Notes: a model not told the origin generated them from the letters alone. A stretch of 32,000 bases of DNA from Methylorubrum extorquens (GCA_900234795.1 LT962688.1:420001-452000), one strand, 5' to 3'. Numbered from the stretch's first letter, positions 9,030 to 18,416 are shown. Translations and numbers: made by a program.

Positions 9030-9896
9030 CTACTTCTTGCAGGTGGGATCGGCCTTCGGGTCGGCTTTGGCGAGGTCGAGCCGCGTCAGATTCCCGTCGA
9101 TGGCGAAATCCCCGTAATCGAGGTGCAGCCGACCGCTGACGCCGTCCTCATACAGGTCGAAGGTGAGGGTGTAGATCGGCGTGCGCTCACCCGCTCCGGC
9201 GGTGAAGTAGCTCAGCGTCACCGGCCACCGGCGCATGCCGCCGTGGTCGCCCTCGCGCAGCGGCTTGTCGCGCTCGGTGTCGGCAGCGGGCGCCGCGTTC
9301 GGGCGGCCGATGATGGCGAGCGTATCGTAGACCTTGCGCCCGTCATCCGAACCGTCGAACACCTTGGCCGAGACCGTCGTCTCGCCCGCCTTGGCCGCCT
9401 CGATCAGGCGGATCATGTGGTGGATCGGAAACAGGACCGCGCCCTCGGCCTGGAACTGGTCGCGCTTGGGCTCCTTGAGCTTTACCTTGAGCGCGTCCGC
9501 CGCCTCCGCCGTCCCGTCGACGGCCGGGGAGGGCGTGTTGTTGAGAACGGTCGTGGTGCGGAAGCGGAAGCTCTTGCCGTCGCCGTTCTCGAAGGTGGTG
9601 CTGCGCAGATCCGAGGTGCGGTCGCCGGACTCGCCGGAATTGAGCATCGTCACCTGACGCGTCTGCATGGTGTAGCCGCGGCAGGCGTCGCCCGAGAAAT
9701 CGATGACGATGCGCCCGCGCACGCCCTCGACCGCCCGCGTCCCTTCGGAGCGCGCCAGCGACAGGTCGTAGACCGCGCGGTGGTTGGCCAGCCGGATCGC
9801 GGCCTCGTTCGGAACCGGTGCGGCCGGCCCCGCGGCCATCGCGCTTCCCGGCATCGCGGCAAGGAGGAAAAGGGCCGGCGCGAGGCGCAGTCGCAT
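9030..9896 (-). CDS. eipB: periplasmic cell-envelope integrity protein, EipB/DUF1849 family
   Basis: ATG 9896 preceded by GGGAGA. MRLRLAPALFLLAAMPGSAMAAG signal peptide. ...HRAVYDLSLARSEG...IDFSGDACRGYTM... and C-terminal ...DPTCKK: size, signal peptide and the N-proximal plus C-terminal Cys pair match DUF1849 proteins. Confidence 0.7.
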   Translation of the reverse strand: MRLRLAPALFLLAAMPGSAMAAGPAAPVPNEAAIRLANHRAVYDLSLARSEGTRAVEGVRGRIVIDFSGDACRGYTMQTRQVTMLNSGESGDRTSDLRSTTFENGDGKSFRFRTTTVLNNTPSPAVDGTAEAADALKVKLKEPKRDQFQAEGAVLFPIHHMIRLIEAAKAGETTVSAKVFDGSDDGRKVYDTLAIIGRPNAAPAADTERDKPLREGDHGGMRRWPVTLSYFTAGAGERTPIYTLTFDLYEDGVSGRLHLDYGDFAIDGNLTRLDLAKADPKADPTCKK

Positions 9897-10407
9897 GCGA
9901 TCTCCCAAAGTCCGCTTGAGGTGGGTTGTCCACAGGCAGCAGGCCGGCGGACGACGTCCGTCACATAGTCATCCCGTCCGTCCGGACAATCTTTTTCGAT
10001 CGCGCTTCCGACGCGACCGCGGACATCTCGGCGAAAGGCGCAGCCGCCCAGCACCCCGGCAGGCCGGCCCTCGCCCGATCCGGATGCTCGGAAAAGATCA
10101 AGTTTACGCAACGCGTTAACGGATGGCGGAGGATTCGCTGGCTCCACCACGGAAACCGATCCGTCTCACCGTCCGACAGGTCCGATTGCCGGGGGAAACC
10201 GGACCGTGAGACGCGCGGACCCTTGCTCCGCGGCCGAGCTGTCCTGTAGTCTCCACACCGTCGCCAACGGCATCTTTGGCGTCTGTTAACCGACATGTGC
10301 AGGGCCGGATCGCGGGCCCTGGCCATGCCTGCTGTCGCCATGCGCGCCAGCAGCGCCGCGCTGCCGGCCGGTCTCACGTTCAAGGATGTTTCGACGTGGA
10401 GGGGACA

Positions 10408-10947
10408 ATGACGGAAGCGGTCCCGAGCTGGACGGATGAGCGCGTCGAGCTGCTTCGTCGCCTGTGGGACGACGGCCTGAGCGCCAGCCAGATCGCCCTG
10501 CAGATCGGTGGCGTCTCGCGCAATGCCGTCATCGGAAAGGTGCATCGCCTCGGGCTCTCCGGCCGCGTCAAATCGATGGGTGCGGCGTCGCAGGGACGTC
10601 GCCGGGAGGGCTTGGCCGCCGAGGTCGAGATGGAGGTTGTGGTCGTCGAAGAGCCGACGCTGCCGGAGCCGCCCGCGATCGTCGCGCACAGGCCCGCACC
10701 GGACTTCCCGCTGCCGCAGAAGCCTGCCCCGGAGCCGGTGGCCCTCGCGGTTTCCGAGCGGGTCACCATCATGGACCTGCGCGAATCGATGTGCCGCTGG
10801 CCGATGGGCGACCCGACCTCGCCGGACTTCCGCTTCTGCGGCGGCCGCGCGATCACGGGCCTTCCGTACTGCACCCAGCACGCGCAGATCGCCTATCAGC
10901 CGGCCGCCGAGCGCAAGCGCGACCGCCGCGTCGCCGGTTTCCGCTAA
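10408..10947 (+). CDS. gcrA: cell-cycle transcriptional regulator GcrA
   Basis: ATG 10408 preceded by GGAGGGG: MTEAVPSWTDERVELLRRLWDDGLSASQIALQIGGVSRNAVIGKVHRLGLSGRVK..., then a low-complexity linker, then ...CRWPMGDPTSPDFRFCGGRAITGLPYCTQHAQIAYQP. Textbook GcrA architecture. Confidence 0.92.
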   Translation: MTEAVPSWTDERVELLRRLWDDGLSASQIALQIGGVSRNAVIGKVHRLGLSGRVKSMGAASQGRRREGLAAEVEMEVVVVEEPTLPEPPAIVAHRPAPDFPLPQKPAPEPVALAVSERVTIMDLRESMCRWPMGDPTSPDFRFCGGRAITGLPYCTQHAQIAYQPAAERKRDRRVAGFR

Positions 10948-11175
10948 AGGCTCCAAGAGAAGACAGCTGGGCACGCCCGCGATGACGGGCGATTGCCGAC
11001 GTGCGCCGAGTGGGGACGGGCTTTGCCCGACCCGCAGGACCGCCCCCTAGACCAAATCCCATTGACTCCTTCGAGCCAAATCCGGTCGATCCGTTCAGAC
11101 GGCGGATTTGGACTCGGCTCAAGCGCCGCGCGGGCTGAGCGAGACAGTTCCCCCTTCGATCAGGCGGAGACCGTA

Positions 11176-11880
11176 TCACTCCGCTCCGGCGAACATCTCG
11201 TCGAACGAGTAGCCGGAGCCGCGCACGGTGCGGATCGGGTCGCTCTGGCGCGGGCGGTTAATCGCCTTGCGCAGGCGGCCGACATGAACATCGACCGTGC
11301 GCTCGTCGATGTAGACGTCGTGGCCCCACACACCGTCGAGCAGCTGCTCCCGCGAAAAGACCCGGCCGGGGCTCTGCATCAGGTATTCGAGCAGCTTGAA
11401 CTCGGTCGGCCCGAGATGAATCTCGCGGCCCTGCCGGCGGATGCGATGGCTGACGCGGTCGAGCTCGATGTCGCCGGCCACGAGCATGTCGGAGACGTGG
11501 GTGGGCTTGGCGCGGCGCAGGAGCGCACGGACGCGGGCGAGCAGCTCCGGCACGGAGAACGGCTTGACGACGTAGTCGTCGGCGCCGGTCGAGAGGCCGC
11601 GCACGCGGTCGGTCTCTTCGCCTCGGGCGGTCAGCATGATGACCGGCAGGCGTTCGGTCTCACGGCGGGCACGGATGCGCCGGCAGAGCTCGATCCCCGA
11701 GAGCCCCGGCACCATCCAGTCGAGGAGTACGAGGTCGGGCGTGGTCTCGTGCAGGCGAAGGTCGGCCTCGTCGCCGCGCACCGCGACATCGACTTGGAAC
11801 CCCTCCGCTTCGAGATTGTAGCGCAGCAGGGTCGTCAGCGATTCCTCGTCCTCGACGATCAGAATGTGCGCACTCGTCAT
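11176..11880 (-). CDS. phoB: phosphate regulon response regulator PhoB (OmpR family)
   Basis: MTSAHILIVEDEESLTTLLRYNLEAEGFQV...LLDWMVPGLSGIELC...GADDYVVKPFSVPELLARV... plus winged-helix part LGPTEFKLLEYLMQSPGRVFSREQLLDGVWGHDVYIDERTVDVHVGRLRKA. Last gene of the pst-phoU-phoB string. An alternative ATG exists at 11895. Confidence 0.92.
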   Translation of the reverse strand: MTSAHILIVEDEESLTTLLRYNLEAEGFQVDVAVRGDEADLRLHETTPDLVLLDWMVPGLSGIELCRRIRARRETERLPVIMLTARGEETDRVRGLSTGADDYVVKPFSVPELLARVRALLRRAKPTHVSDMLVAGDIELDRVSHRIRRQGREIHLGPTEFKLLEYLMQSPGRVFSREQLLDGVWGHDVYIDERTVDVHVGRLRKAINRPRQSDPIRTVRGSGYSFDEMFAGAE

Positions 11881-11962
11881 CGCCCGTCTTTCCATCCGTC
11901 ACGCCCGGCCCTCGAAAGAGGAGCCGGGGGCGTCTCTTGATCGCCGCGCCTGCCCCGAAACC

Positions 11963-12676
11963 CTAGCTGCTCGGCGTAATCGTCGCGTAGTTCGAAGCGT
12001 CGTTCTTGGGCCGCTCGGCTGTCGGCGTCTCGCCGGTGACGAGGTATTCGATGGTTTCGGCGACGTTGGTGGTGTGATCGCCGATCCGCTCGACGTTCTT
12101 GGCGCAGAACAGCAGGTGCGTACAGAACGAGATGTTGCGCGGATCCTCCATCATGTAAGTCAGGAGTTCCCGGAACAGTGAATTGTAGAGCGCGTCGATG
12201 GCGCTGTCCCGCTCCCACACCTCGCGGGCGGCGGTCACGTCGCGGCTCGCATAGGCATCGAGCACGTCCTTGAGCTGTTCCTGCACGAGGTCGCTCATGT
12301 GCTGGACGCCGAGCACGATCTTCTGCGGCTGCGCCTGATCGCTGATCGCGACGACGCGCTTGGCGATGTTCTTGGCGAGATCGCCGATCCGTTCCAAGTC
12401 GCCCGAGACGCGGATGCCGGAGATCGTCTCGCGCAGGTCGATGGCCAACGGCTGACGGCGGGCGATGAGGAGAACCGAACGCTCCTCGATCTCCCGCTGC
12501 AGCAGGTCGAGGCGCTTGTCGGCGACGATCACCGCCTGGGCGAGGGTGGTATCCCGGCGCACCAGCGCGTCGGTGGCATCCGTCATCATCTTCTCGGCCA
12601 CGCCGCCCATCTCGGCGATGGAGCGGCGCAGGTTCTCGAGGTCGGTGTCGTAGGAGGAGACGATATGGTCGGCCAT
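11963..12676 (-). CDS. phoU: phosphate signalling accessory protein PhoU
   Basis: Real start is ATG 12676 inside track ORF 11963..13165: MADHIVSSYDTDLENLRRSIAEMGGVAEKMM... It has the two PhoU repeats (DLERIGDLAKNIAKR and NVERIGDHTTNVAETI). Confidence 0.92.
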   Translation of the reverse strand: MADHIVSSYDTDLENLRRSIAEMGGVAEKMMTDATDALVRRDTTLAQAVIVADKRLDLLQREIEERSVLLIARRQPLAIDLRETISGIRVSGDLERIGDLAKNIAKRVVAISDQAQPQKIVLGVQHMSDLVQEQLKDVLDAYASRDVTAAREVWERDSAIDALYNSLFRELLTYMMEDPRNISFCTHLLFCAKNVERIGDHTTNVAETIEYLVTGETPTAERPKNDASNYATITPSS

Positions 12677-12807
12677 GTCGCGAATTTCCCGATCAGGCGG
12701 TCGGACGAGGGCGCTCTCAAGCTGCGATGGACACGGGTCCGGCGGAAGAGGGCGCGTCTCAACGAGGGCGCAAGGGGGCTGCGACTGTCGTGCAGTCGCG
12801 GCCGATC

Positions 12808-13623
12808 TCAGCCGAAGCGGCCGGTGATGTAGTCCTGGGTCTGCCGTTTGGCCGGGTTCATGAAGATCTTCGTGGTCGCGTCGAACTCGATCAGCTCGCC
12901 GAGATACATGAACGCCGTGAACTGCGAGATGCGGGCGGCCTGCTGCATGTTGTGCGTCACGATGACGATCGTGAACTCGGTCCGCAACTGCTCGATCAGT
13001 TCCTCGATGCGGCCGGTGGAGATCGGGTCGAGGGCCGAGGTCGGCTCGTCGAACAGGATCACCTCGGGGCGCTGTGCCACGGTGCGGGCGATGCACAGGC
13101 GCTGCTGCTGGCCGCCGGAGAGGCCGGTGCCGGACTGCTTGAGCTTGTCCTTCACCTCGTCCCACAACGCGGCCTTGCGCAGGGATTCCTCCACGCGCAC
13201 GTCGAGTTCCGCTTTCGGGAGCTTCTCGTAGAGACGCAGGCCGAAAGCGACGTTGTCGTAGATCGACATCGGGAAGGGGGTCGGCTTCTGGAACACCATG
13301 CCGACGCGCGAGCGCAGTTCGTTGAGGTCGATCTTCGGGTCCAAAACGTTCTGCCCGTCGAGCAGGATCTCACCTTCCGCGCGCTGCTCCGGATAGAGGC
13401 TGTAGATGCGGTTGAAGGTGCGCAGCAGCGTCGACTTTCCGCAGCCCGAAGGCCCGATCAGCGCGGTCACCTGCCTGTCGCGGAAATCGAGGTTGATGTC
13501 CTTCAGGCCATGGAAGCTGCCATAGTAGAAGTTGAGATCCTTGCAGGCGATGCGCACCGGAGCCTTGACGTCGGCCGGGCTTCGACCTTCGAACTGGCTG
13601 CGGATCGCGGGGGAGGCGCTCAT
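12808..13623 (-). CDS. pstB: phosphate ABC transporter ATP-binding protein PstB
   Basis: Walker [10 protein letters not shown], signature [13 protein letters not shown], Walker [12 protein letters not shown], and the PstB-specific C-terminus ...[18 protein letters not shown]. Confidence 0.95.
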   Translation of the reverse strand: MSASPAIRSQFEGRSPADVKAPVRIACKDLNFYYGSFHGLKDINLDFRDRQVTALIGPSGCGKSTLLRTFNRIYSLYPEQRAEGEILLDGQNVLDPKIDLNELRSRVGMVFQKPTPFPMSIYDNVAFGLRLYEKLPKAELDVRVEESLRKAALWDEVKDKLKQSGTGLSGGQQQRLCIARTVAQRPEVILFDEPTSALDPISTGRIEELIEQLRTEFTIVIVTHNMQQAARISQFTAFMYLGELIEFDATTKIFMNPAKRQTQDYITGRFG

Positions 13624-13664
13624 CGGATTGTCTCGCAGGTAGGAGGTCTGTCCGGGGGGCGGCC

Positions 13665-14558
13665 TCAGCGCGCCCGCTGGTCCTTGATCACAAGGCGGGC
13701 CACCACCGACAGGGCCAGGATGGTGACGGTGATGAGAAGGGCGCCCGCCCAGGCCAGGCTCTGCCAGTTCGGATAGGGCGACAGCGCGAACTGGTAGATC
13801 ATCACCGGCAGGTTAGGCACGCCGCCGAGCAGGTTCGCGTTGAACCAGCTGTTGTTGTTGAGTGCCGTGAACAGCAGCGGCGCGGTCTCGCCGGCGATGC
13901 GGGCGAGCGCCAGAATGATGCCGGTGACGACACCCGCACTCGCCGCCCGCCACGTGATCGCGCGGATGACCAGGGAGCGGGGCGCGCCGAGCGCGGCGCC
14001 GGCCTCACGCATCTGGCTGGGCACGAGGCGCAGCATGTCCTCGGTGGTGCGCACGATCACGGGGGTGGCGATGATGGCCAGCGCCACCGCGCCGGCCCAG
14101 CCGGAATAGGTCCCCATCGGCCGCACCATCAGCGTGTAGACGAACAGGCCGATCAGGATCGAGGGGGCGGAGAGCAGCACGTCGTTGAGGAAGCGGATGA
14201 TGTCCGCGATCTTCGAGGTGCGGCCGTATTCCGCGAGGAAGGTGCCGGCCATCAGTCCGATCGGCGTGGCGATGACGATGCCGATGAACGTCATCACGAG
14301 GCTGCCGAGGATGGCGTTGGCGATGCCGCCGCCTACGGAGCCCGGCCCCGGCGTCGGCTCGGTAAGCAGGGCGGGGGTGAAGCCCTTCACGCCCTCGACG
14401 ATCAGCATCAGCAGGATCGAGCCGAGCACCACGATGCCGAGCAGCGTGGCGAAGGTGCTCGCCAGGATCAGGACGCGGTCGGCGATCCGGCGGCCGGAGC
14501 GCACACGGCTCGCCCTCCGGGGGCGTTCGGCCGTTGCGAGGGGAGTGCTGGCATCCAT
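13665..14558 (-). CDS. pstA: phosphate ABC transporter permease PstA
   Basis: C-terminal 297 codons of the artefactual 890-aa track ORF 13665..16337. ATG 14558: [15 protein letters not shown]...; multi-TM; ...[23 protein letters not shown]...[14 protein letters not shown] (ABC permease EAA-type loop). Confidence 0.9.
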   Translation of the reverse strand: MDASTPLATAERPRRASRVRSGRRIADRVLILASTFATLLGIVVLGSILLMLIVEGVKGFTPALLTEPTPGPGSVGGGIANAILGSLVMTFIGIVIATPIGLMAGTFLAEYGRTSKIADIIRFLNDVLLSAPSILIGLFVYTLMVRPMGTYSGWAGAVALAIIATPVIVRTTEDMLRLVPSQMREAGAALGAPRSLVIRAITWRAASAGVVTGIILALARIAGETAPLLFTALNNNSWFNANLLGGVPNLPVMIYQFALSPYPNWQSLAWAGALLITVTILALSVVARLVIKDQRAR

Positions 14559-14602
14559 GGCGCGTCGTTTTCCGAGGCTGGCGGCGTTGCGGACGTTTCG
14601 GT

Positions 14603-15577
14603 TCAGGCGACCTTGGTGCGCCGCACCAGCAGGCGCGCGATGATCAGCACGACGAAGGTGATGATGAAGAGCAGGCAGCCGAGCGCCATCAGCGAGGAGA
14701 GCTGGAGCCCGTCGGCTTCGTTGAACTCGTTGGCGATGCGCGAGGCGATGGTCGAACCCGGATCGAAGATCGAGGCGGAGAGGCGGTTGGCGTTGCCGAT
14801 CACGAAGGTGACCGCCATGGTCTCGCCGAGCGCGCGGCCGAGGCCGAGCATGATCGCGCCGATGATCGAGACCGAGGCCTGCGGCACGAGGACGTGGCGG
14901 ACGACCTCCCAGGTGGTGCAGCCGATGCCGTAGGCGCTCTCGCGCAGCACGGTCGGGATCTGGTCGAGCATGTCGCGGGTGATCGAGGCGACGAACGGCA
15001 CGATCATGATCGCGAGGATGATGCCGGCGGTGAGCACGCCGACGCCGGAGGGAATGCGCGCGTAGAGGATCGTGCCGACGATCGGGAGCCCCTCGACGAG
15101 GTTCGAGACCGGCACCTGCACGAAGCGGGCGAACAGCGGCGCGAACACGAACAGGCCCCACATGCCGTAGATGATGCTCGGCACCGACGCGAGCAGCTCG
15201 ATGGTCATGGCGACGGGCTTGCGCGCCCAGCCGGGGCAGAGCTGCGTCAGGTAGATCGCGATGCCGAGCGAAACCGGCACGCCGATGACGAGCGCCAGCA
15301 GGGCGGCGGCGACGGTGCCGATCACGGCGGGCAGCGCGCCGAACTGCTCGGTGCCGATGTTCCAGGCGCTGGAGGTGAGGAAGCCGAAGCCGAACTCCCT
15401 GAACGCGGGCATCGCCCCGTAGATGATCGATCCGAGGATGCCCGCGAGCACCAGCAGCACGAGCAGAGCCGAGCCGTAGGCCGCGCCCTTGAACAGGCGG
15501 TCGGCGGTCTTGCTCGGGGCGGTGCGGGGTACGCCGCTCTCGCTGGCCAGGGCGATGGACTGGGTCAAGGCGGTCAT
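14603..15577 (-). CDS. pstC: phosphate ABC transporter permease PstC
   Basis: MTALTQSIALASESG...; multi-TM; ...LRESAYGIGCTTWEVVRHVLVPQA...LGRALGETMAVTFVIGN. Lies between pstS and pstA. Confidence 0.9.
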   Translation of the reverse strand: MTALTQSIALASESGVPRTAPSKTADRLFKGAAYGSALLVLLVLAGILGSIIYGAMPAFREFGFGFLTSSAWNIGTEQFGALPAVIGTVAAALLALVIGVPVSLGIAIYLTQLCPGWARKPVAMTIELLASVPSIIYGMWGLFVFAPLFARFVQVPVSNLVEGLPIVGTILYARIPSGVGVLTAGIILAIMIVPFVASITRDMLDQIPTVLRESAYGIGCTTWEVVRHVLVPQASVSIIGAIMLGLGRALGETMAVTFVIGNANRLSASIFDPGSTIASRIANEFNEADGLQLSSLMALGCLLFIITFVVLIIARLLVRRTKVA

Positions 15578-15650
15578 CCGCGGAAGGGCTCTTCGAATGG
15601 AGGGCGTTTAGCGCGCCGTGGCTCGTGAGGCGAGCCGGACACTCGGAGAA

Positions 15651-15680
15651 AGACCCTCTCCCGGGTGCGGGAGAGGGTCT
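15651..15680 (-). terminator. perfect 12-bp hairpin in the pstS-pstC spacer (intra-operon attenuator or mRNA stabiliser)
   Basis: AGACCCTCTCCC-gggtgc-GGGAGAGGGTCT, located 12 nt downstream of the pstS stop and followed on the sense strand by TTCT. Confidence 0.55.
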
Positions 15681-15691
15681 GAGACGGTTGC

Positions 15692-16738
15692 TTACATGCC
15701 GAAGACGGGTTTGCCGTCCTTGCCCTTGATGCCCTTCCACTCCTCGTGGATCAGGCCGACGACGTTGTCCGGCAGCGGCACATAGTCGAGTTCGGTCGCG
15801 AGCTTGTCGCCGTTCTTGTAGGCCCAGTCGAAGAACTTCAGTACGTCGCCGGCCTTGGCGGCGTCCGCGGCCTCCTTGTGGACCAGGATGAAGGTGGCGG
15901 CGGTGATCGGCCACGCTTCCTCGCCGGCCTGGTTGGTCAGCGTGATGCCGAAGCCGGGGGTCGACTTCCAGTCGGCGCTGGCGGCGGCGGCCTGGAACGC
16001 CTTGTCGTCGGGCTGCGGGTACTTGCCGGCTTTGTTCTGGATCAGCGTGTAGGCGAGCTTGTTCTGTTTGGCATAGGCCGACTCGACGTAGCCGATCGAG
16101 TTCGGAACCTGCTTCACGGTGGCGGTCACGCCCTCGTTGCCCTTGCCGCCCTGGCCGACCGGCCAGCTCACCGTGGTGGCGGCACCGAATTCCTTCTTCC
16201 ACGGCTCGGAGACCGAGGAGAGATAGGTGGTGAAGATGTTGGTCGTGCCGGAAGCGTCCGAGCGGTAGACCGGGGTGATGTTCGCGTCGGGCAGCTTCAC
16301 GCCGTCGTTGAGCTTGACGATCTTCGGGTCGGACCACTTCAGGATCTTGCCGGCGTAGATGTCGGCCAGGAGTTCACCGGTCAGCTTGACCGTGCCGGCC
16401 TCGATGCCCGGGACGTTGATCACCGGGACGACGCCGCCCATGACGGTCGGGAACTGGACGAGGCCGTCCTTCTCGAGCTGGGCGGGCTTCAGCGGCGCGT
16501 CGGTGGCGCCGAAATCGACCGTCTTGGCCTGGATCTGCTTGATGCCACCGCCCGAGCCGATCGACTGGTAGTTCAGGCCCGTGCCGGTATCCTTGCGGTA
16601 GGCCTCGGCCCATTTCGAGTAGACGGGGAAGGGGAAGGTGGCACCGGCGCCGGTGATGTCGGCGGCCAGGGCTGAAGTCGCGAGCTGGGCGGCCGCGAGG
16701 CCGACGGCCAGAGCGTAAGTGAAGGGTTTCACGAGCAT
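15692..16738 (-). CDS. pstS: periplasmic phosphate-binding protein PstS
   Basis: MLVKPFTYALAVGLAAAQLATSALA signal peptide, then ADITGAGATFPFPVYSKWAEAYRKDTGTGLNYQSIGSGGGIKQI...ASGTT...: canonical PstS blocks. Confidence 0.95.
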   Translation of the reverse strand: MLVKPFTYALAVGLAAAQLATSALAADITGAGATFPFPVYSKWAEAYRKDTGTGLNYQSIGSGGGIKQIQAKTVDFGATDAPLKPAQLEKDGLVQFPTVMGGVVPVINVPGIEAGTVKLTGELLADIYAGKILKWSDPKIVKLNDGVKLPDANITPVYRSDASGTTNIFTTYLSSVSEPWKKEFGAATTVSWPVGQGGKGNEGVTATVKQVPNSIGYVESAYAKQNKLAYTLIQNKAGKYPQPDDKAFQAAAASADWKSTPGFGITLTNQAGEEAWPITAATFILVHKEAADAAKAGDVLKFFDWAYKNGDKLATELDYVPLPDNVVGLIHEEWKGIKGKDGKPVFGM

Positions 16739-16833
16739 CTCCGTAGGGTGTCGGGCGCATTGTCGGGGCCGGTCCTGACTTGAAACCGGTCTCGCTGCGA
16801 CGCTGCTGCCATCTAGTGCACCGACGCGCCGCC

Positions 16834-16866
16834 TCTATGACGGCGACATGACGGTGACATGACAGC
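16834..16866 (-). promoter_or_regulatory. Pho box array (three tandem 11-bp units) in the pstS promoter
   Basis: On the pstS-sense strand: CTGTCATgtca CCGTCATgtcg CCGTCATagag, 96-128 nt upstream of the pstS ATG. It matches the 7-bp CTGTCAT direct repeat with 4-bp spacer (11-bp period) bound by PhoB. Confidence 0.8.
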
Positions 16867-17152
16867 CCCTGGAAAGCTCCCGGAAAGCCCTGGGGGAAGA
16901 CGAAATTTCACGGAGGATGGGATCGCGACGGGACCACTCGTCCCCCGGGAGCGTTACCGGAGCAGGTGCGCGGGTCAGTTTCTCTGACAATATGTCCGCC
17001 GCACCATCGCGGCCGATGCAACGATGGTCAGCGCCCGGAAGTTTCGTGAGGCACGCTCAGTCGTTCCACGACAGTGATCTTCACGAGATCTCGCTCTTGA
17101 GATCCTGAGTGGGACCGGGTCTGCGCTTGAAACGTCCGAGGAGACCGTCATC

Positions 17153-17428
17153 GTGACGGAGCCACATTCACCCCGCGAGGAAGAGCCCCTCCTCGATCCG
17201 GCCGATCCTCAGGACGCGGCCTACCTCGCGCTCCATGCGGAGCGGGCGGCCCTCGAGGACGAGCTGACGCTGCAGCAACAGCGTCAGCGCTTCGGCAGCG
17301 ATGACCAGGAGATCGCCTCGGCACGCGCAACCGAGTCGTCTTTGCTCAAGGATCTCGATCGAGTGCTGACCATGATCCGGGCCGCCGAGGTCCGGCGCCA
17401 GCAGCCGAAGGCCCGGCGCTGGCAGTAA
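17153..17428 (+). CDS. hypothetical acidic/coiled-coil protein (91 aa)
   Basis: GTG 17153 with GAGGAG 9 nt upstream. (M)TEPHSPREEEPLLDPADPQDAAYLALHAERAALEDELTLQQQRQRF...; no family recognised. Confidence 0.45.
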   Translation: MTEPHSPREEEPLLDPADPQDAAYLALHAERAALEDELTLQQQRQRFGSDDQEIASARATESSLLKDLDRVLTMIRAAEVRRQQPKARRWQ

Positions 17429-17468
17429 TCGTCAAGCCATCGCCTCTAGAGACGGGGAGACCCGTTCC

Positions 17469-17624
17469 TCAGGCGCTGCGGCGGCGATCGCGCTCTTTCT
17501 GCCGGAGTTGCAGCAGCAGTTCGACTTGCGCGTCGGTGATCGGCTGCGCGTCGCAGCGCTCGACATAGGCCTCACGCAGGCCCTGTCCGATCCGATCGCG
17601 ACTCTCGCCATTTAGAGCGGGCAT
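17469..17624 (-). CDS. possible NepR-like anti-sigma factor (51 aa)
   Basis: Internal ATG 17624 of track ORF 17469..17720: MPALNGESRDRIGQGLREAYVERCDAQPITDAQVELLLQLRQKERDRRRSA. The RIGQGLREAY...QPITD..VELLLQL pattern resembles the NepR signature (IGxQLRxxY...EP[IV]PDRFxxLLxxL). No EcfG sigma factor or PhyR gene is adjacent. Confidence 0.35.
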   Translation of the reverse strand: MPALNGESRDRIGQGLREAYVERCDAQPITDAQVELLLQLRQKERDRRRSA

Positions 17625-17767
17625 GGCGGCTTCGACGATCAATCCGCTGGGGCAGTCCGTCGCGAGATGTACCATGAATCGACCAGGCCGAATCTGAAGG
17701 AACTGTGTCGCAACCGGCAAGGGGGAGCGACGGTCACGAGGATTGCATCGAGATGGTTAATAAGAAC

Positions 17768-18202
17768 TTACCGTTGACGACGAGGCCGGAAGTTCGTCGG
17801 CAATAATTCAAGATGCCGGACATGAACGTTGGCGGGACGAAGGTTGCCCACGCTTCGGTCGAACCCATCGATGTAAAGCCGGAATATCCGAGCGACTCCG
17901 TGCCCTTTTAAGGAAACGCCTTCTTCCGCAGCCCTGGTCACGAAGAGCAAACTTCGTGTGCTAGCGCACATGATGGAGATAAAATTCTCCCGTTCCGCGG
18001 CGATTTGGCTGAAAAAACACTGGTGTGACAACGATTTGGTGGCCGCACCGAAGTTTCCCCGATCGTTACGGTTTGGGATGATCTGCTGCACTGGGTCCGT
18101 TTGAATCACTGTCGTTGGGCTGCCAGCCCCCCAATGCGGTACGCAGGCGACAGGCGGGTCGGTCTTCTCCTGAGAAGCCGGCCCGTCACGCCCCGACGTC
18201 AA
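17768..18202 (-). CDS. hypothetical protein in a lower-GC patch
   Basis: Track ORF only; the sequence 17760-18110 is visibly less GC-rich than its flanks; no motif recognised; start uncertain. Confidence 0.3.
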   Translation of the reverse strand: MTSGRDGPASQEKTDPPVACVPHWGAGSPTTVIQTDPVQQIIPNRNDRGNFGAATKSLSHQCFFSQIAAERENFISIMCASTRSLLFVTRAAEEGVSLKGHGVARIFRLYIDGFDRSVGNLRPANVHVRHLELLPTNFRPRRQR

Positions 18203-18248
18203 GGGAACACGCGAAGCACCCCGTTTCAGGCGAACTTCGCTTCAGCGC

Positions 18249-18416
18249 TTACGGCTCGCGCCGTTCGCCTTCCGCCTTGTCGCTTTGACCCTGCTTCGCG
18301 CCGCCTTGGGGATCGGTGCTGTCCTCCCCGGAAGCTGTGCCGCTGCTATGGCCCTGAGGCGTCAGGCGCGGTCGATCCGGGGCTTCGACTTTGTCCGTCT
18401 GTTTGGTCTCGGCCAT
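18249..18416 (-). CDS. small hydrophilic protein (55 aa), not in ORF track
   Basis: Hand-translated: GGAGGTG, 5-nt spacer, ATG 18416, then MAETKQTDKVEAPDRPRLTPQGHSSGTASGEDSTDPQGGAKQGQSDKAEGERREP, stop TAA at 18251-18249. Strong SD and a low-complexity hydrophilic composition like small stress-induced proteins. Confidence 0.4.
   Translation of the reverse strand: MAETKQTDKVEAPDRPRLTPQGHSSGTASGEDSTDPQGGAKQGQSDKAEGERREP

Noticed and set aside
10104-10121. TTTACgcaacgcgTTAAC, possible CtrA box upstream of gcrA
   Set aside because: The half-site spacing is wrong for TTAA-N7-TTAA and the first half-site is not TTAA.
10378-10392. GTTCaaggatgTTTC, a near LexA box 16 nt upstream of the gcrA start
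   Set aside because: There is one mismatch in the second half-site, and it overlaps the SD region of a cell-cycle gene not known to be SOS-regulated. A single near-match is expected by chance in 32 kb.
9961-10974. 337-aa minus-strand ORF and other ORFs across the gcrA locus
   Set aside because: Antisense to the unmistakable GcrA frame and to non-coding DNA. No SD, low-complexity translation.
14559-16337. N-terminal ~590 codons of the 890-aa minus-strand ORF 13665..16337
   Set aside because: This frame runs out of phase through pstC and pstS, both well supported in other frames. Only the last 297 codons (from ATG 14558) are PstA.
16917-17108. 63-aa + strand ORF between the Pho boxes and the 17153 gene
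   Set aside because: No SD, Ser/Arg-rich translation, and it lies in the pstS upstream region. Probably non-coding, but I could not assign any other function to the 285-nt gap.
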